A model generated the notes under the pieces. It saw nothing but the letters and a program-made list of their open reading frames with translations. It did no database searches and was not told where the DNA came from. A DNA stretch of 64,000 nucleotides from Octopus vulgaris (lineage: Eukaryota), in assembly GCA_951406725.2 (NCBI GenBank), contig OX597819.1:88164001-88228000 (forward strand). The letters are read 5' to 3'. How positions within the stretch are numbered: the stretch's first letter is position 1; every line of letters starts with the position of its first letter. The translations under genes and the position numbers were made by a program. Shown in pieces: positions 57,972 through 64,000 of this stretch.

Positions 57972-58404
57972 GCAAGGAACTTATGTCAACACCAAGACGC
58001 ACAAAAAACTTTTAGATGACTGCTCACACGGAGCCCATAGTGAATATATATACACCCCACCCTTGCTTTCCCCACTCTCGCCTCCCCCACCTCCCAACAC
58101 CATCACACCACACCACACACCACTACATTATACAACACAATACCACACTACACATCACATCACAATACACCAGCACTGACCAGTTTCCAGCCCCACATTT
58201 TCACACCTACACATACACACACGCACACGTCAAGGTCATCAGCCCCCTTCCACACACACATACAAACTCTCTCATATACACGCACGCGCACCTTCGTTTT
58301 GGGATCACCACTACTTTATTATCTCTCCTTCTTCCTAGCTTTCCTGAGTGACCCTTTTGTCCGACATTCGGCATGATACACATTTTTTATTTTCTCTCCT
58401 TGAT

Positions 58405-58442
58405 TCTTTCTGTGGAAGAGCGTAGGCTCGAAACGCTAAAGA
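58405..58442 (+). ncRNA. Degenerate minimal hammerhead-like motif
   Basis: UCUUU-CUGUGGAA-GAGC-GUAG-GCUC-GAAACGCU-AAAGA; stems I and II pair but core positions are substituted. Confidence 0.4.
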
Positions 58443-58523
58443 CTTTTTCACTTCCCGAGCGTTATACTAATACATCTGTTTGTTGTCTACACCACCTGTC
58501 TTCGTCTTTTGTTTTTTGTGAAT

Positions 58524-58597
<74 letters not shown>

Positions 58598-58864
58598 AAG
58601 AGCAAACTTACTCCGATTATATAGACCCAAAGAATTGAGGGGGAAAGTTGTTACAAGTCCGACAGCTGTTTCTGAGGGCTCGGAGTTACTTCTTACTGTT
58701 GGCAGGTGTATGTATGTATGTATGTATGTATGTATGTATGTATGTATGTATGTATGTATATATATATATACACACACATATTATTATTATTATTATTATT
58801 ATTGTTACAATACAATAATATTATTTTCCGGCGAAAGTAAACACCGTAAAGATAGAATTATAAA

Positions 58865-59313
58865 TAGAAATAGTGGCACAAGAAGGTACCAATTTTTGCT
58901 GGAAATAACAGTCGATAATCGTTTGACGCTAGGTAAAGCTTCACTGAATGTATAGAGGCAACGATGTGTGCGGGCGGCGAATATAAGAAAAATTTTCGTA
59001 TGACAATAATATTTATATTTTTATATGAAAGTTTTTCACTGACCTCGGCTGGGGCTATTGGCCGAGTATACAGGCATTGATGTAGCGGATATTTTAAATT
59101 TAGTCTCTTCAGTGGACCTAGCTGACGAGAACCAATCAGTTTTACGATAACAAACGTATTTTGAAATGTTCGAAACTCGAGTACTAGGTTGTCCATTTCT
59201 CTGCCCGCACACATTTTGCCTCTATACATTTGGTGAAGGTTTACCTAGCGTCGAAAGATTGTCGACTGCTATTTCCAGCAAAAAATGGTACCTTGTTGTG
59301 CCACTATTTCCTA
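58865..59313. mobile_element. MITE-like element with ~120 bp imperfect TIRs
   Basis: 58865-58983 is the diverged reverse complement of 59193-59313. Confidence 0.8.
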
Positions 59314-59625
59314 TACATACACGCATAATACATCCATCTATCCATACATACATGCATACACACATACATACATACATACATACATACATACATACATACA
59401 TACATACATACATACATACATACATACATTTATATCATTTCACTTAGGTATAGTGGTGATAATAACTAGCTGTCAGAAGTCCATGTACGTATGAATAAAG
59501 CGTTAGACGATTACTGAGCGTAATGTATATGAATGACATGAGAACAGGAATAACGTAATCCACTTGAAGTTGATGACGTAATTCCAGTTCCCTTGTCATT
59601 CAATAATTCACACACACAGACACAC

Positions 59626-59656
<31 letters not shown>

Positions 59657-59879
59657 TGTATGTATGTATGTATGTATGTATGTATGTATGTATGTATGTA
59701 TGTATGTATGTGTCAAGTGGTCCGCTAACGTCATCTAGAGCTTAGCTTGATGTATTTTTAGTTTACAGAGAGAATGTTTTTCTCCGAAACAAAATCCTGC
59801 AGTAAACGTCTTTCATGTTCTTGAATACAAGAACGTGTTAAAACTAAATGTAAACGTCTTGCTGCTCAGTGTTATTGTA

Positions 59880-59951
<72 letters not shown>

Positions 59952-60156
59952 AGGAGGTTTTCCACAATATCTCTCGACCGAATTTTACCCACAAAGATTA
60001 GGTCCGCTCTTAGATTATGTTAGAAGACAGTCTAACCGAAGGGAACTACTTCACCACACTGCTAATGCCTGCTTAGAGATAAACAGAGATAAAGAAAGAA
60101 AGAAAAAAATCTTTGTGAATCTTGGCTACAGAAACAAAAGTTGTGGCTGTAATGAT

Positions 60157-60374
60157 ACGAAGGAGGGCAGAAAAGTTTCCGGTTTTCGGTAAAAGAAAAT
60201 ACAGGAGGGTCAGTTAATTATGATTTTATTCAACATATTCCACTCTCAGATTCACACAATTATTGCAGCGGTCCTTCAGTTTTTCTAAGTCCTGTAAAAA
60301 AAACACGGAAGTCTTGGCCTCCACCGAATCCTTTCGCGACACCCTTAATGCCAGGAACTTTTCTGCATCCCATG
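60157..60374. mobile_element. Mariner-derived MITE
   Basis: TACGAAGGAGGGCAGAAAAGTTTCCGG / CCAGGAACTTTTCTGCATCCC, TIRs similar to those at 23999-24407. Confidence 0.65.
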
Positions 60375-62879
60375 ATATATAAGCATCTCATTTATCTTTC
60401 TGTTATTCAATCGAGTTTCATATTCGCGCTCTCTAATACATATCTACTTTTTTATGAAGACATCATACAAATACAGGTACAGCACCAACTTTCTGGATTC
60501 TGATGGTTCTGGGCCTCTTATAATCCGCACAAATTTCTGAATAGGAAATTCAAATGTCCGCGGCTGCCAGACTAGTTTACGGGTGCCTTGCATAATTCAG
60601 TATTAATGAACTTGTATCGTTTTATACTAATGTACAGGTATCTGTATTTCATTTAATTATTTAAGTAAGTTCGAATGCATTTAAGTAAATTCGAATGTTT
60701 AATTAAGAGTGTGTTGACTAAAGTGACCACCCCTCATTCGAGAAAATCAGCTATCTGGAAAGGCTTTAGAACTAAGGGCTCTGGGAAATTCATGTGCCTC
60801 TACACAATATGATATGCTTACCATATCTAGATCGGCGCTCGTTCTGTAATTTCGACTGTCCCTGTATTTGATTTCAAGTAAGTACAATATTTTCTGCTTT
60901 CAGAAACTCTCTATAGTCATCTCAAGTATTTACTGCGCAATTTTACGTACAATTTACAAACGAATTACTCCTCCTAAAATATCGACATGCCCTAAGGGGA
61001 TACGCCCAAATACTTCAACTTTTCCGCTTCAATAATATGAAATAAATTGCTCTTTCGCTAATTCATTCCCGAGCCCAATTTATTTTTGATTATTCTGAAG
61101 ATCAATTAGAAAGTTTTCTTTGTTTCTCCCCCCCAAAAAAACTACTAATAATAATGATGGTAATGTTAATAATAACAACAATAACAACACCATCGACAAT
61201 AACAATTGCAACAACAACTACGAGGTTATTTAATTTCTTGTGGCATCCTCCGAGAGAAACTAATGACATGGGCATATTAGAAATAAACTGATCAAAAGAA
61301 AGCAATTAAAGGAAAACTAAATAGCTGTAGTCAGTAGCAGATAGATTAATTTTGGTTTCTGTGTGATAAAGAAGGAAAAAAAATAATAATAAAAAAGAAA
61401 ATGGAAAGACCCTGTATTTTAGTACTGTGTGATGTTGATGTCTTTATCAAGAAAAAGAATATGTGGCGTTCATGCTTTCCCTAGGAGAAAGGACGTTAGT
61501 AGAGTAAGAGAACTGAAATGTCGATCTGGTTAAAGCTTGTCGATGGTTTTTCTTATGACTTCTAGCTTCAAGGTGTTTGCCAACAAACGAACCACCACCA
61601 GTGTTCGCCTCAATTGAAACTATTATATTCTTATAAATCTACCATCCTAATATATCTACTCATTATTGCTCTAACTTACTTGAACTACATGAATCAATTA
61701 CTAGATTAATAGAAAGAAAATTAGATTCTAAGAATTCCTCTGAAGTTATCAGTCGTCCACTTAAAACTAAAAGAAAATATTGTTTATTTTTAGAGCAATT
61801 CATACTTGGTTAATGTGTTGCTTTTCTATTTGGTGGTAGACGAAGTAGCTCTCCACAAGCATTTGTACACGTTCATTGCACTGTTATGAACCGGGATTTT
61901 TTTTTCGCTCTCTTATTAATTTGTGTGATTCTTTCTGTTCACCTTTGACCTTTTTCATCACGAATTCTTGTCGCCAGTAAGACCACCACGAACTGGATAG
62001 TTCTTAAATGATAGCATTTACCCGAGGCCATATACAGTGTTGCACACGAAAGGCCAGGGATAGCTGTCATTTATTTTCTCTCTCTTTCTCTCTCCATATA
62101 TTGGATCCAACCTATCTAATATTGGATATCATATCGTGCACAAAGTTGCTCGGATTCCTTTATTTACCCATTCCTTTGAATTGCTGCTGTTGTATACCTC
62201 ATTAACTACCTGCTAGTTTAATATAATAAACAAACTCCGCGTTACAGAATCAGAAAAGAGAGATAGAGAAGAAGAGAGAAAGGCATAAAGAGATAGATTG
62301 ATAAATAGAGATAACAAAGAGAGAGAGGGGGGATAGAAAGGGAGAGAGAGAGCCAAGTGAGAAAGAATGAAAGAGAGAGAGAGAGAGAGAATGAGTGAGT
62401 GGAAGCCGTTCCTTTTTTTAGAGCAGTTAATGTACCTAATCAACTGTCCACTGAAAGCAGATGTAACATTCAGTCAGACATTTTACAAAAAAAAAAAAAG
62501 AAACAGAAATGTTCTGTACCGCGTAATAACTGCATTAGAGTGTCTGTAGAGTGAATGAATGGAAGCTAGGTATTTTAGTTTTTTTAATACACCTGCCTTA
62601 TTCTAAGTCACAAGCCTGAATTATCTCTTATATTCATTTATTTGTTTTATTATTTTTGTATCTGAACTCTGTTTCTTAAATGTACACAGTTAGAAGAAAA
62701 AGTAAATTATATGATATGACTGGCATTTCAGAAGAGAATCGTTTTGCGCTTAAAAAAAAATATAAAAAGTTTTAGTAAAGAAGAAAGCTTCAACAAGCAT
62801 ATTGTAGTGAAGAGAACTTCTGATAGACCATATAATTTAAATTAATTTTAGTAATTATTATTATTATTATTATTATTAC

Positions 62880-63300
62880 AGTGAGAGAGCAGCATATGCC
62901 ATCAAAGTGACAATGGGGTACAAATATACGAAGCCCAATATACCCATCATGACTACCCGTCTGAAAAGGGTACACCAGACACATGCTTCACAACCATATG
63001 TGCGTGACTTGGTGATCTCATATCAAGATAAACAGCGCATGACCTTGCAATAGAGCCCAGTAAAATTTTCTTCAAGTTGAGTAGCCCATCTCGCTCAAAA
63101 GGTCCCTGAATAAGGTTTGTTTAAGTATGCTGAACAAAACACCCATGTTTTCAGAGGTGAATTATTCAAAAGGTGTATTATTTAGAGGTGAATTATTGAG
63201 CAGAATATTTGCTGTAGCCGATCTTTTATACCAAGATAAAACAATGTATATGATAAGACCTCCAATCAGTTAAGATCAAAAGCCATGAGAGCCACAGCCT
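62880..63300 (-). mobile_element. Interspersed repeat (probable LINE 3' UTR) anchored at (TAA)n
   Basis: Diverged direct copy at 63682-64000; both begin right after a (TTA)n run. Confidence 0.7.
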
Positions 63301-63301
63301 G

Positions 63302-63384
<83 letters not shown>

Positions 63385-63681
63385 GTTGTTGTTGTTGTTG
63401 TTGTTATCATAATTAAATGCTTGGCTTTTGCTTTGTATTTGTACAAGTTGTCTACATGTCTCATCCAGAGATCTCAAGAGACAACATGTTAGAAGTTCAA
63501 ATTGGTGTTGTGATAAGGTTTGTTTTAAAAGTACTCTTCTGATAAGATGATAGTGAGATCTTAAGATGACGGTAAAAAGTGTTTGCTATTATGTACATTT
63601 AAAAGTACGTTTGGCAATGTTTACATATTGAAATGTTTATTATTATTATTATCATTATCATTATTATTTATTATTATTATT

Positions 63682-64000
63682 GAGTGAGAAAGCAATGCAT
63701 GCCATCAAAATGACACTGGGATACAAATATACGAAGCCCAATATACCCGTCTGACAAGAGTACACTAGGTACATTAGGCATATGTGCACGACGTAGTGAT
63801 TTTATATCAAGATAAGCAGCGCATAGCTTTGCAAGTGGGGCCCAGTTAGAATTTTCTTCGGGCTGAGTAGCCCTTCCTGTTCAAAAGGTCCCTGAATAAG
63901 GTTTGTTTAAGGATGATGAGCAAAACACCCATGTTTCCAGAGTCCAATTATTCAAATCCTCAAGAATTCCTTTCAGTACACGGCTATGATGGTCCCCCAC
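63682..64000 (-). mobile_element. Second copy of the (TAA)n-anchored repeat
   Basis: Homologous to 62880-63170. Confidence 0.7.

Overview
AT-rich, non-genic eukaryotic DNA dominated by microsatellites ((TA)n, (CA)n, (TATC)n, (TACA)n, (TAA)n, (GAT)n) and transposon remnants. The tRNA-derived SINE families and repeat landscape look like a coleoid cephalopod (probably Octopus; inference). Most ORFs in the six-frame track are microsatellite artefacts, and no intact host gene is supported. Recognisable elements are CR1-type, RTE-type and several R4/Dong-type LINEs, a Gypsy integrase remnant, a probable LTR plus PBS, a hAT/Buster transposase pseudogene, mariner and pogo/Tigger derivatives, a Helitron helicase fragment, a Penelope GIY-YIG fragment and many SINEs. 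The most interesting signal is a set of hammerhead-ribozyme folds. A ~2.9 kb non-coding element (16569-19479) has ~505 bp inverted arms, each with a complete type I hammerhead fold. An unrelated canonical hammerhead lies at 57889-57971 (-), and several truncated or degenerate motifs also occur. Together they suggest non-autonomous Penelope-type/retrozyme-like families associated with (TA)n tracts. Coordinates were read by eye and element ends are approximate.
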